A DNA stretch of 64,000 nucleotides from Nemertoderma westbladi (lineage: Eukaryota > Animalia > Xenacoelomorpha), in contig JAUCBJ010008167.1 of NCBI GenBank assembly GCA_032718475.1, forward strand, positions 3,730 to 67,729, in the 5' to 3' direction. Below are positions 10,652 through 20,689 of the stretch, piece after piece (positions within the stretch are counted from its first letter, which is position 1; each line of letters begins with the position of its first letter). Under the pieces are notes generated by a model. It made no database searches. It was not told where the DNA came from and saw only the letters and a list, made by a program, of their open reading frames with translations. Both the position numbers and the translations under genes were made by a program.

Positions 10652-12650
10652 TGACGACTCTTGCTAAATAATATTGTAGGACCGCTCTTGGAGGTGACGT
10701 AATAGCCCAATACACGCATCCTCTCCATTTAAGCTGTGATTCAAACTCACTCATATCTGGAGTATCACCTTCTCCATAAGTCTCAATATACTTGGTTCTC
10801 TTACTTTCCTTATAATCCCAATTGAATAACAGGTAGGAAATGTATCCAGTTCCAGTCTTCTGAGTATTATACTCACGAAAATATCCCTGTTCTATAGACC
10901 ACAAAATAAGAGGTCGAGTGTCGACGTAAGGTGTCGGTAGTCGGTCATCGCTGTCCGTCATGCCGGCGAAGTCGCTAATTAAGTCCTCCCTTACTCCTGA
11001 TCCAATCTTTACAACAGTTTTATCTAAAATCATGTTTCTTACCATCTTCGGTATCATTCTAGCGTCGATATTACAAGCTTGGTCCATCTTCTTTACTATG
11101 TGTCGCTTTGTATTTGCTGGAGGTATCGGCATTCGTTTGTCGCTCCTCTGTCTACTGAAAACGTGCAGGACTCCGTCCGCCGCTCTAATTTGTATAGTCT
11201 TAGAAGTCAAACTCTGTTGATGACTGCCGCCCTCGTTATCGTAAAACATGTAACCATTTTCCTGAAACGATCTAAACGTTCTATTCCATTCATCCAACAA
11301 TTCTTCCGAAGGTTGCCAAATCTTCTCTATGTCCTTATCATCTTCGAAACGAATAACCTTACCTCGCCAATCCGCGGCAATATCTGTATCCGACTCGAAG
11401 GTTCCGGTTCCAATCCATAAACGAATCGTCTTGGTTAAATATCCTTTCAAATTACTCGGAGCTATATCGGCACCAGCTCTATCCAGTTCCTTAAAGTCTT
11501 GAATATGAGGTGGAACGTTGTACACGACCTTTTGAGTAATATGTCTACGTAAATCATATATCTTACTCATATCGCTGAAAACAACTGCAGGAAGAAACTC
11601 CAAGTTTGAAATGATTTCTGGATGATCCACGATGGGTATTTCGTACGTCGTATCCTGTCGGACTGGTATACTAATAGGAAAATTGAGTGTCGTACTCAAT
11701 GGTTTCGTAGTTGAAGTACTATATGGTTGCATTTCTCTTGTCCTCTCCGGGGATGCAATCTGTAGTCTCTGAATAACGTTTTGAGCAAAGTTTATGCTCT
11801 CGAAAACTTCCGGTGTCATCTCCTTAGCTGGGGTTTGATCGTGTGACGTCCAATGGTAAGGTAGGCTCGCGAGTCTTCCGCCCCATTCTTCCATCTCACA
11901 TTTCTCGAAAGCCTTGTAGGCTCTGTATAGGCTAAGAGCTTCTTTCTTTTTGCGGGTTGACTGATTCGCCTCGTCCAGCGTAAGTTCAAATACATCGGGT
12001 TCAACAACCTTAGGTGGGTAAACGACAGTTTCTCCCGCCTTTGGTCCGGTCATAGCAAATGAATGATATGGATTCGATAAAGGATACCCTCCTTCCTGGT
12101 AGCGTAGTTGTTGATGGTTCGAACACCTCGCCAGTATCGGTTCGGGATTTTCCTTATTCAAACGCATCGGAATCGCATTTCGTTGTTCGCGCATACAAGA
12201 ACCGCATTGATAATAAAGTTTATAAACTGAAAATGCTTCCTTGGTTTCTCTATCGTCCCCTCGAGTTCGTCTGTAAAGGTGCATTCCATCGAATTCATCG
12301 CGTACCGCGGGCATAGGTTCGTGCGCCTTTAGGTATTGCATGGTATGATACAAACGACTAATTTCAGTATCGGGGTCTTCGCTAATGTCTCCCGTATCAC
12401 ACAAAGCGTCGTACGGGTAAAGTTCATTGAAGGTTCTGCGCAAACTTTCGATTCTTTCATTTAATGCGTTTTGTCTTCTCTTTAATACATTCGAGTCATA
12501 TTTAGTTCTCGCGAGTTTCGCTGTACTTTCTGATAATTCTTTTATACCAAATATAGTGTAGTCCTTGGCTCCAAATCTTTCGAATGGCGCTGCTGCCTCC
12601 TCTTGGATATCATATCCCCATCTCGGCTCTCCTTGTATCCCTTTCTCCAT
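10536..12650 (-). CDS. Accessory ORF, N-terminal part: DEDDy (WRN/EXD/MUT-7-like) 3'-5' exonuclease-like domain
   Basis: ExoI-like FYDNEG (11246-11229), TIQIR..DGVLHVF, ExoII-like ILDKTVVKIGSGVREDL (around 11030-10980) and YVDT. There is also an N-terminal CGSC...CSNH putative zinc site. Confidence 0.7.
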   Translation of the reverse strand: MEKGIQGEPRWGYDIQEEAAAPFERFGAKDYTIFGIKELSESTAKLARTKYDSNVLKRRQNALNERIESLRRTFNELYPYDALCDTGDISEDPDTEISRLYHTMQYLKAHEPMPAVRDEFDGMHLYRRTRGDDRETKEAFSVYKLYYQCGSCMREQRNAIPMRLNKENPEPILARCSNHQQLRYQEGGYPLSNPYHSFAMTGPKAGETVVYPPKVVEPDVFELTLDEANQSTRKKKEALSLYRAYKAFEKCEMEEWGGRLASLPYHWTSHDQTPAKEMTPEVFESINFAQNVIQRLQIASPERTREMQPYSTSTTKPLSTTLNFPISIPVRQDTTYEIPIVDHPEIISNLEFLPAVVFSDMSKIYDLRRHITQKVVYNVPPHIQDFKELDRAGADIAPSNLKGYLTKTIRLWIGTGTFESDTDIAADWRGKVIRFEDDKDIEKIWQPSEELLDEWNRTFRSFQENGYMFYDNEGGSHQQSLTSKTIQIRAADGVLHVFSRQRSDKRMPIPPANTKRHIVKKMDQACNIDARMIPKMVRNMILDKTVVKIGSGVREDLISDFAGMTDSDDRLPTPYVDTRPLILWSIEQGYFREYNTQKTGTGYISYLLFNWDYKESKRTKYIETYGEGDTPDMSEFESQLKWRGCVYWAITSPPRAVLQYYLARVVSECLPNRRHCVSDSQKTSTLSRRRSYVLHGRENSYRRV

Positions 12651-13330
12651 AATTAGAGGTGTAGTTACATAATCATTACTACTAGAGGGAATACAACAGA
12701 GTTTGTAGTTAGTTGTGAGGAGACGTGAGAGTTTCGTCTGCCCTTTGGGCTCGACAACGCTCTAACCTCCTACCCATAGCCTAAGATCTAGGGTTTCTTT
12801 AATGACACGCTGCTTCTTATCTAAAATTTTTGCCGAAATAAAAACGAATTTGGGCTAAACTGGCTGTGAGTCTAAAATACTCACTTTTTGATCCCAAACT
12901 ATTATCAGAAAATAAGCAGTCAAGAATTAGTAATAAATATAGGGGAGTCTATTTTGACGTAACTTATTGAAACAAGACCGTGTAAAATTTAATTTTAATT
13001 TTAATTAAAATTTAATTAAAATTTTAAGAAAGGCTCGCAAGTCTTCCTCTCTTGTTTCTCTAATTTTAAGTTCCACCCGACTGTACCCTGAAATCTATTC
13101 ACTGGAGAAAATTTTAAAAATTTTTCAAATCCAAATGGATTGTCTAAAATTTCGAAATGTCTCAATATTGTGAGTTCCAAGTAGAATTCCATTTCTTATA
13201 CCTACAAATCCCGCTCCTATGTGACACATAAGGGTACTACCCTCAATGTTCACATATAAAGACAATGGAATTCTACCGCTGTCCTTACTACAGTGTACAG
13301 GTACGTGGAAATCTATTTGTAAACTCCTAA

Positions 13331-15913
13331 TTATTTACTAATATTAGGTGGAGATTTGTAATCTCCAGACTCGTTACGAGTCTCTTCAAGAAGTACGAGA
13401 CGTTGTGTCGGTCTGTCAACTGTACGACCGTCAATTGTCCGTACCGTAACAGTTCTTGTCACTCCATCCATAGATGGATGTGTGGCTAAAATTACACCTG
13501 TTATCCAGAAGCGTCTTTTTAGATTCACTTCTGCTAACAGCACGTGATCTCCCGGCTTTAATGCGCGGGTGTTATTGTACCAGTTTGTTCTGGCAGAAAT
13601 AGAGTGCAAATAATGGTTTTGCCATATTTCCCAGAATTTGTTAGCTAGTAGTTGCGTGATTTTCCACGCTTTTCTACCGTAGCTATCGCCTTCTATTGGA
13701 ATAGAAATAGGCGTCAAAGTTGTCGGTGCCTGCATAAGCAGGTGTGCCGGTGTCAAAGCAAACTGAGATTGTTTGTCATCGGGTACTAATACTATTGGTC
13801 TAGTATTTAGTATTGCCTCGATTTCAACAAACAGTGTTGTCAGTTGGTCGTCTGTCAATATGTGGTTTACTGGAATGACCTTTGCCATGGCTGTCTTTAT
13901 AGATCTAATCAATCTCTCCCAGACTCTGCCTCTCCATGGACTATCTGGAGGATTAAACTTCCAAACAATCTTGTAAGGACGTAGTTCGTTTGAGATTTGA
14001 TCATGATCTAATTTCTTAAAGGCTCTAGCAATCTCATTTCGAGCACCAACAAAGTTTGTCCCTTGGTCTGAGTACAAGCATTTCACTAGTCCGCGTCTGG
14101 CGATAAATCGCCGCAATGCTAGTATAAACGCGTTGGTGGAAAGATCCATCACACGTTCAATATGAACTGCCCTACTGGACATATATGTGAAAATCAGTCC
14201 CCAGCGTTTTACTAGTATACGTCCACGTTTCGTATGTATGGGACCAAAGCAATCAATTCCAGTCTCTGTAAAAGGTGGTCTGAATGCTTGAAGTCGTGCT
14301 TGTGGAAGTTCACTCATTTCTTGGGTACCTATTCTAGAATGTACCTTTTTACAAATAATACACGTACGTGTCACTGAACTTATTGCTTTACTGGGTCTAA
14401 TTAATACAAATCTTGTACGTAAGTAGGAAAGACAGTGGTGTCTTCCAGCGTGTTTCAGATGAAAATGTGCGTCCAGTATCATTGCACGTTGTAGTTCGTG
14501 ATGCTGCGGTATTATTATTGGGTACCTAAAGTTTGTGTTAAAGTCAATGTTTTGAAGCCGAGATTTATGACAAATTAAGCCATTATAAATTATCGGACTC
14601 CAACTCAATATTGGTGACGACTTGATTGGTTGACCTTGATTTATAGATGTGAATTCGCGCGCGAAATATCGCAGTTGGTAATGGCGAATTAATTTAATCT
14701 CACACCTGTCAATCTCAGTCAATGTAAGTCGACGTGTGAAGTCTCGTTTGCCTTTAACGTATTGTACAAAACGTACAATCCACGCTAATTTTCGGCAAGC
14801 GTTTGTCCAAGAATCTGTTAGGTTTACAATACGGTCGACGTAAGTATTTGTGACGTCATCAGGTAAGTCAATGGAGATTTTGGAAGGTTTTGATTTACTA
14901 GAAGGGCCCATGGGTCCGCCGGTAGGTATTCCCTTGTTGACTGTTGATCCGTCCGGGTCTACAAGTAATTTGTCCTTCTTCGTCTTCTTACCTTGATTGT
15001 CAGTACTTTGTAAGTCGATCGTTAATGGTGGTTTGAACTCTATGGGGTCAGTGGGTTTCGGTAAACTTATTTTTCTGCCGATATTAATCCCGGGTCTCAC
15101 CATAGGTTGCAAGTTTGGTATGTCTCTTGAGCGCAGAGTAACACCTGTATTTACATTAGCGTAGGTACTACCCACATCTGTAATACATGAGGTTTCACCG
15201 TGCTTATGGTTGCTCAAGTGCGTCAAAATTGGTAGTTTGTCAATACAAGGCCGCTCCAATAGGGAAACTGCGGCTTTACTGTTAGTGAATACATTACTAA
15301 TGTCCGGTTGAACATTTTGTGACATGTCTGGTAAAATCTTTCGCGGAACATCCGGCGAAATATCTAGTGACGTGTCTGGCAAAACGTCTGGTTGACCGTC
15401 TAGTAACGTATCTGGTTGTTTGTCAATAGAAGGCCGCTCCAATAGAGAAACTGCGGCTTTACTATTTGTCAGTATGTTACTAGTGTCTGGTAGAACATTT
15501 TGTGATATGTCTGGCAAAATGTCTGGTTGGCCGTCTAGTAACGTGTCTGTTTGACCGTCTGGTAACGTGTCTGGTTGACCGTCTGGCGATATGTCTGGTG
15601 TAGAAAGGCTCGCAAGTCTTCCGTTCTTGACCTTTGAAGTTATCGCTTTCCATTTCGCCTTCGGTTTTTTCTTGAGTTTAGCCGCCGTCTTTTTCTTTGC
15701 TTTCCCTTTCTTTGGTTTTTTAATTTCCGCGTCTTTTGGGATAGTGTTAGACTTGTTGTCGTATAGTGGCGGCCAATGTTGTATTGATCCCTGCAAGAAC
15801 CGTGGTCCGTGCTGCCAAAATTCTTTGTTCTCCGGTTTACAAAATTCCTCAGGCATCATTCCTCGCGACGCAATATCGGCTGGGTTTTGTGGTCCGGGAC
15901 AATGTCGCCAATC
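13331..15913 (-). CDS. Pol C-terminus: end of RNase H region, low-complexity spacer, integrase (HHCC, DDE core, Pao-type C-terminal domain)
   Basis: Motifs DWRHCPGPQNPADIASRG, HFHLKH...CIICKK, GIDCFGP, SDQGTNF, WERLI and DGVTRTVTVRT..RPTQRLVLLE. In frame with the upstream pol ORF, separated only by TAA at 15916-15914. Confidence 0.92.
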   Translation of the reverse strand, partial: DWRHCPGPQNPADIASRGMMPEEFCKPENKEFWQHGPRFLQGSIQHWPPLYDNKSNTIPKDAEIKKPKKGKAKKKTAAKLKKKPKAKWKAITSKVKNGRLASLSTPDISPDGQPDTLPDGQTDTLLDGQPDILPDISQNVLPDTSNILTNSKAAVSLLERPSIDKQPDTLLDGQPDVLPDTSLDISPDVPRKILPDMSQNVQPDISNVFTNSKAAVSLLERPCIDKLPILTHLSNHKHGETSCITDVGSTYANVNTGVTLRSRDIPNLQPMVRPGINIGRKISLPKPTDPIEFKPPLTIDLQSTDNQGKKTKKDKLLVDPDGSTVNKGIPTGGPMGPSSKSKPSKISIDLPDDVTNTYVDRIVNLTDSWTNACRKLAWIVRFVQYVKGKRDFTRRLTLTEIDRCEIKLIRHYQLRYFAREFTSINQGQPIKSSPILSWSPIIYNGLICHKSRLQNIDFNTNFRYPIIIPQHHELQRAMILDAHFHLKHAGRHHCLSYLRTRFVLIRPSKAISSVTRTCIICKKVHSRIGTQEMSELPQARLQAFRPPFTETGIDCFGPIHTKRGRILVKRWGLIFTYMSSRAVHIERVMDLSTNAFILALRRFIARRGLVKCLYSDQGTNFVGARNEIARAFKKLDHDQISNELRPYKIVWKFNPPDSPWRGRVWERLIRSIKTAMAKVIPVNHILTDDQLTTLFVEIEAILNTRPIVLVPDDKQSQFALTPAHLLMQAPTTLTPISIPIEGDSYGRKAWKITQLLANKFWEIWQNHYLHSISARTNWYNNTRALKPGDHVLLAEVNLKRRFWITGVILATHPSMDGVTRTVTVRTIDGRTVDRPTQRLVLLEETRNESGDYKSPPNISK

Positions 15914-18900
15914 TTATTTTATTGAACGGTCTAGAATTTCCGCGCGACGGTTAGCTACGAATGTCTTGAATTCAAGTGTGTCGTTGTTTATGTAAAATAA
16001 AACCAACGTCGCGTCAGTCCAATAAAATATCTGTAAACTTGACTGTAGTTCTGTCTGTATAAGGTTCACGATGGTGGTTGACAGGGCTGCGGCTTGTAGC
16101 TCAGCTCGTGGTGTCGTCATATACTTAGTAGGCATTGTTTTTGCCTTAGAAGTAATGAGCGAAACATCGAATTCTTCTGAGTCTACTTGTCTGCGCAAGT
16201 ACGCTGCCACACCAAAGCCGTTGTCACTGGCGTCAGAAAAACAATGTAATTCCAAGTTGTCAGGAAATGTTGTTTGTAATGGAAAGTAGACTCTGGGTAT
16301 GGAATAATCCTCTAGCGAAGATAATTCTGCTTCCCAGGTTTTCCATAAGTCCACTTGGTCTGATGAGATCGGCTCGTCCCATGTCAGTCCATCCTTCCAA
16401 ATACTGCGCATATAAATGCGGGCTTGCAGTATTATTGGACTGATGAATCCTAATGGATCGAACAATCGTCTCAATTTTGACAAGCATGATCTCTTTGTCA
16501 GTGTGTTTTCTTGACTGTCCAGTCTCACCTTCACTCGAAAGTTGTCCGTGTTTGGGTCCCAAAAGAGCCCCAACACCTTGGTCGTCGGTAGTGGTTCGAA
16601 CTCTAGGTCTATGTCACCACCTCCACGCTCAGTCGTTCCGAATGAGTCTACTAATTCGGCACTGTTTGAGGCGAATTTGGTGAGGTTAAAACCTCCGCCC
16701 GCTAAGCAGTCCCGTAATTGATGTGCTACTGTTGTAGCACGTTCTACTGTGTCGCAACTCTGTAAACCGTCGTCGACGTAAAAGTCACGTTCCACAATCT
16801 TAATTATCTCTGGGTCATACATGTGTTTCTGATCCCTAGCGGCTTGCTTTAGGGCGTACATTGTACAGTTTGGGCTGTCCCTGGCACCGAAAACGCGAAC
16901 TTGCATTTGGTAAGTCGCCGGTGGTAGACTTAAGTCTCCTTCCGGGTACCAGAGGAACCTCAAACTGTCTCTGTCTCGCTCTAACGCTCTCACTTGGTGA
17001 AACATAGCTTCGACGTCGCAAGTAAAAGCTACTTGACGCTGACGGAAGCGCATAATCACCCCCATAAGATAATTATTCATGTTTTGTCCATCCATCAACT
17101 CGCTATTGAGGGACATTCCCTCAAACAGAGCCGCACAGTCATTGACTACACGTACTTTGTCTGGTTTGTCGGGGTGTCTCACGTAGTGATGTGGTAAGTA
17201 GTATGTCTGGTCTGTTACTATCTCTGGGTTAGTCATTCGGATAGCGTATCCCTTGGACAAATACGTCTCCATCTGAGTGTTGTACTGGAGATGGGCTTTC
17301 TCGTCCTTTAATAGACGTTGTCGTATTGAGTGTAGACGTCTTAAAGCTAGTGGATAGTTATTTATGAGTTTAGGACGTTGGTCACGCCATAGCATCCCTA
17401 CCTCATAATGTCCGTCCTCCGTCTGGCGGATAGTATCTTCCATGATCCTCAAAGATTGTTTCTCCTGTTCCGACATACATGGTTCGTAGCTACCAGGTTC
17501 AGCTGTATCTTGTTCTAACCACCTGATAGTCTTCTCCGTTAATTCTTTGTCCAATACAGCTTGTTCCACTTGATGATTTCTCAACGCGTCATCATCGATA
17601 TCGACGGGCATTGTTGAGGTTATTTGTGTAGGTAGACTCACAAGCCTTCCGGCGTTATCATCTGTCGTCGATGGAATCTCTGGCTGACTCGTCTTCTCCC
17701 CAAGTTCTAAACTCACCTGGTGGATTAGCTGCTCCTTGTGACTTATCATGCTAGTTACACGTCTGTCATGTTTTGTCGAATGTAGTGTAGTATGGTCCAC
17801 GTCGTGTGAAAAGGAATGAATTGAATTTGTAGTTAATAAACTACATGTACTTTGTACATCGTCTTCCTCGTCACTTATGTCCAGTGTGCGCACAGGCGCT
17901 CGAGTATACCACCCTATCGGCGTTCTACAGGCATATGCGTTTCCCACTATGACTGCCGATGGTCTGGTTTCCCACACTTGATGTAGGTTGAATTGGTCTG
18001 TCCCGATCAGCATTGCTACCGATCTATAATTGACAGGACATTCAGGTACACCAAGGTGTCTGAAATACTTACGGTCCTCCAAGGATTGTTCTGGGACAGG
18101 ACCTAGTAGGTTACTAAAGTCCTTGGTGGCCGCAAAAGTCAAATCCTTAAAGGGTAACAAAGACCTCTCCTTTTCGCTGTGTTGCGATTTTGGAAGAAGA
18201 GTGTCTAAGTTTAACTTAACTCGTGTCACTGGTATTGCAAGTTGTCCGTGCATACTACTTACGGTGTAACTGACGCGCTTACCTTGTCTGAGATCCGTCA
18301 CGACGTCAGCTATCTGCTCATCCACGTAGCTGTGAGATGAGGCTGAATCCAGGATAGCGTAGATTCTCTTGCACCCTTTTGTGCCAGTAATCTTAATCGG
18401 AATTACGCTGAATCCCTTTAGTTGGTCAGTCGTCAGAAGCACGATCGATGGTTGTTCGTCTCCATCGGAATATACGTCGTCGTCTTCTGACTCTTCGTCC
18501 GACGATCCGGATTGTTCTGAGAAACAATCCTTAATATGTGTCACGAAGGTTGGAGTCGTTTTCGATTCTCGATTCTTGTAGGCCGTATTACATTTCGCTG
18601 CTGCTTCCGGGTGTTCCCTGGCGAAGCGTTTTGTCGGCGTGTGGCTGTCTGTGTGGAGCAGACCGTCGTGGTTGCGTCCACAGGATGGACAAGTGTCGGT
18701 ATTTGGGCAATCTTTGCGAACGTGTCCGTGTCGCGTACACCGCCAACAAGAGTCCAATGGCCGTATCTGCAGCCGTCGTTCTTCCGAGTTTAACTCGCGA
18801 AACTGTTGACAACCTCTCAACTTGTGACCGATATACCGCTTGCCTAAATGCTCGCAGTATTGGCAGCCGCTGAAGTCGGTACTGAGTTGCTGTCTAGTCT

Positions 18901-20689
18901 GTTTTATCCCAATGGGCGCAGATACCCTACTACCGTCCGAGAATTGTCGTGTTTCCGTCGGTGTGGCGTAAGTGGCCGTCTTGGTGGATGTTGTCTGGGG
19001 TTTTTGTCGGTTTGAGGATGGCAAGGTGATTCCTTCTGCTACGATGTGCTGGTCAGTGTAGTTGGATCGAGTTTCTACCACTGCTTCCCTGGATATCAAA
19101 AGGTACACATCTTCCAGTTTTAAGAATCCACCCCGCTCTTCCCGCTGGTATTCGATCTTCCTCCACTCCCGACGAAGTCGATGGTGGAGTCGTCCTATGA
19201 TCTTTAATAGGACTGTAGGGGTATTCCCATAGTCAAGTTGTCCAATGGATCTCAAAGTAGTGATAGCGTTCTTTATTTCGTCAGCCAGTTTCAATAAGTC
19301 GACGGGTTTAGTAATAGCCCCTCCCTTACAGAGTTCCTCTATCACTGACCTGGCCATGCTGACTGTACCTCCGTATATCGAAGTTAAACGATCGTACGCT
19401 AGTTCGAAGGCGTCCGGTACACCAACGAAGGTCTCCGCCAAACGTTTAGGTTCTCCCGACAACGTTTGAAGCAGGTAATTAAACTTCTCCCGTGATGTAA
19501 AGGCGCACACGGCGATCTGAGATTCGATATAGTCTACGAAAGTGTGCCAGTGTTTTGAGCTACCGGAAAACTTAGGTGGTTGTTGCACCGGTAGTCCTTG
19601 TCTAGCTGCGAATTTCGCTATCTCCTCGGCAACGTTCAGAGTTTCGCGTCCTTGGTTGGTAATCTGGTTGATGTCCCTTCTTGGCGCTTTTCCCTGATAC
19701 GAAGTATTGGTCGATGGTATTTGTCTTTGCGGAATCTTTGGGTTTCTATTGTGTTCGAATTCGGAATTTCTCGGACTGTCGGTGTGAACTTCCTCCAAGC
19801 GTTCCTCGATCTGAGCCAACTTGTTAACAACTGGTCGCAGGATGTCGGCGAACTGTTGTGTACTGATTGCATCCGTTGGTTGTAACGCCTTCTGTGTTGG
19901 TGTATTCTGTGGAGGATTGTCGATAAATGAATTATCCGAACGCTCACGTTTACATTCGTCGGCCGCTCCTGTTCTAAATACCTCGCGTTCCGGGTAATCC
20001 GACTCGCTTGAAGTACTACTGTCGCCTGGATACGGTGGTCGACGTGCTCGTGTCCGTTGCGTCGTCCGAATTCTAACGTTTCGCTTTGGAACATCGTCCA
20101 CTGGTCTCCGTTGTTCGGTAGGCTCACAAGTCTTCCTCGAAGTCGTAGATTGCGATGTAAACTGGTTGAACGGTCGCGTATCCACTGGTCTCCGTTGTTC
20201 GGTAGGCTCACAAGTCTTCCTCGAAGTCGTAGATTGCGATGTAAACTGGTTGAACGGTCGCGTATCCACTGGTCTCCGTTGTTCGGTAGGCTCACAAGTC
20301 TTCCTCGAAGTCGTAGATTGCGATGTAAACTGGTTGAACGGTGGTCGGACGACAGCTTTTGAATCCAAAGGCCTTGTAGGCCTAAACGTCATTGGGTATT
20401 CGTAGTGCGTAACTGGTTTAGGTGTCAAAGGTGGACTCACCTGTTTTGTCGTTAGTAGTGCAGGTCCAGTCAACAAACTACTACGATCTGTAATCGGTGG
20501 GTTACTTACCTTGACTTTCAAAATAGGCGACGACGTTGCTCTTGACGGTATGAATTTGTCTGGAATAACCAACCTGTGTTCCGTCGCACCATGGATAGGA
20601 GAAATATCACTACTACCCGCAATCGAAACAGGTTCCTTAGTCATAATTGGTGCAAACATAGGAGTTACTTGTGGGAATCGTTGACACAA
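15914..20689 (-). CDS. Gag-Pol polyprotein: Pao gag, zinc knuckles, aspartic protease, reverse transcriptase, RNase H
   Basis: Motifs PPKFSG (gag), CWRCTRHGHVRKDC and CPSCGRNHDGLLH, ILDSAS (protease, about 18350), YLPHH..KVRVVND, FYVDD (about 16775), FDPLGF, FSDAS and TPRAEL. Confidence 0.95.
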   Translation of the reverse strand: MCQRFPQVTPMFAPIMTKEPVSIAGSSDISPIHGATEHRLVIPDKFIPSRATSSPILKVKVSNPPITDRSSLLTGPALLTTKQVSPPLTPKPVTHYEYPMTFRPTRPLDSKAVVRPPFNQFTSQSTTSRKTCEPTEQRRPVDTRPFNQFTSQSTTSRKTCEPTEQRRPVDTRPFNQFTSQSTTSRKTCEPTEQRRPVDDVPKRNVRIRTTQRTRARRPPYPGDSSTSSESDYPEREVFRTGAADECKRERSDNSFIDNPPQNTPTQKALQPTDAISTQQFADILRPVVNKLAQIEERLEEVHTDSPRNSEFEHNRNPKIPQRQIPSTNTSYQGKAPRRDINQITNQGRETLNVAEEIAKFAARQGLPVQQPPKFSGSSKHWHTFVDYIESQIAVCAFTSREKFNYLLQTLSGEPKRLAETFVGVPDAFELAYDRLTSIYGGTVSMARSVIEELCKGGAITKPVDLLKLADEIKNAITTLRSIGQLDYGNTPTVLLKIIGRLHHRLRREWRKIEYQREERGGFLKLEDVYLLISREAVVETRSNYTDQHIVAEGITLPSSNRQKPQTTSTKTATYATPTETRQFSDGSRVSAPIGIKQTRQQLSTDFSGCQYCEHLGKRYIGHKLRGCQQFRELNSEERRLQIRPLDSCWRCTRHGHVRKDCPNTDTCPSCGRNHDGLLHTDSHTPTKRFAREHPEAAAKCNTAYKNRESKTTPTFVTHIKDCFSEQSGSSDEESEDDDVYSDGDEQPSIVLLTTDQLKGFSVIPIKITGTKGCKRIYAILDSASSHSYVDEQIADVVTDLRQGKRVSYTVSSMHGQLAIPVTRVKLNLDTLLPKSQHSEKERSLLPFKDLTFAATKDFSNLLGPVPEQSLEDRKYFRHLGVPECPVNYRSVAMLIGTDQFNLHQVWETRPSAVIVGNAYACRTPIGWYTRAPVRTLDISDEEDDVQSTCSLLTTNSIHSFSHDVDHTTLHSTKHDRRVTSMISHKEQLIHQVSLELGEKTSQPEIPSTTDDNAGRLVSLPTQITSTMPVDIDDDALRNHQVEQAVLDKELTEKTIRWLEQDTAEPGSYEPCMSEQEKQSLRIMEDTIRQTEDGHYEVGMLWRDQRPKLINNYPLALRRLHSIRQRLLKDEKAHLQYNTQMETYLSKGYAIRMTNPEIVTDQTYYLPHHYVRHPDKPDKVRVVNDCAALFEGMSLNSELMDGQNMNNYLMGVIMRFRQRQVAFTCDVEAMFHQVRALERDRDSLRFLWYPEGDLSLPPATYQMQVRVFGARDSPNCTMYALKQAARDQKHMYDPEIIKIVERDFYVDDGLQSCDTVERATTVAHQLRDCLAGGGFNLTKFASNSAELVDSFGTTERGGGDIDLEFEPLPTTKVLGLFWDPNTDNFRVKVRLDSQENTLTKRSCLSKLRRLFDPLGFISPIILQARIYMRSIWKDGLTWDEPISSDQVDLWKTWEAELSSLEDYSIPRVYFPLQTTFPDNLELHCFSDASDNGFGVAAYLRRQVDSEEFDVSLITSKAKTMPTKYMTTPRAELQAAALSTTIVNLIQTELQSSLQIFYWTDATLVLFYINNDTLEFKTFVANRRAEILDRSIK
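20098..20340 (-). repeat. 84-bp tandem repeat (about 2.9 copies) in gag
   Basis: Encodes the repeated 28-aa unit PFNQFTSQSTTSRKTCEPTEQRRPVDTR. Confidence 0.95.

Noticed and set aside
8942-12650. env gene interpretation of the extra ORF
   Set aside because: No signal peptide, fusion peptide or transmembrane anchor is visible, and the motifs fit a nuclease and zinc knuckles.
15914-15916. Alternative genetic code or stop read-through (TAR=Gln)
   Set aside because: In-frame TAA/TAG are rare relative to CAA/CAG, and other ORFs end normally at TAA; ordinary decay explains it.
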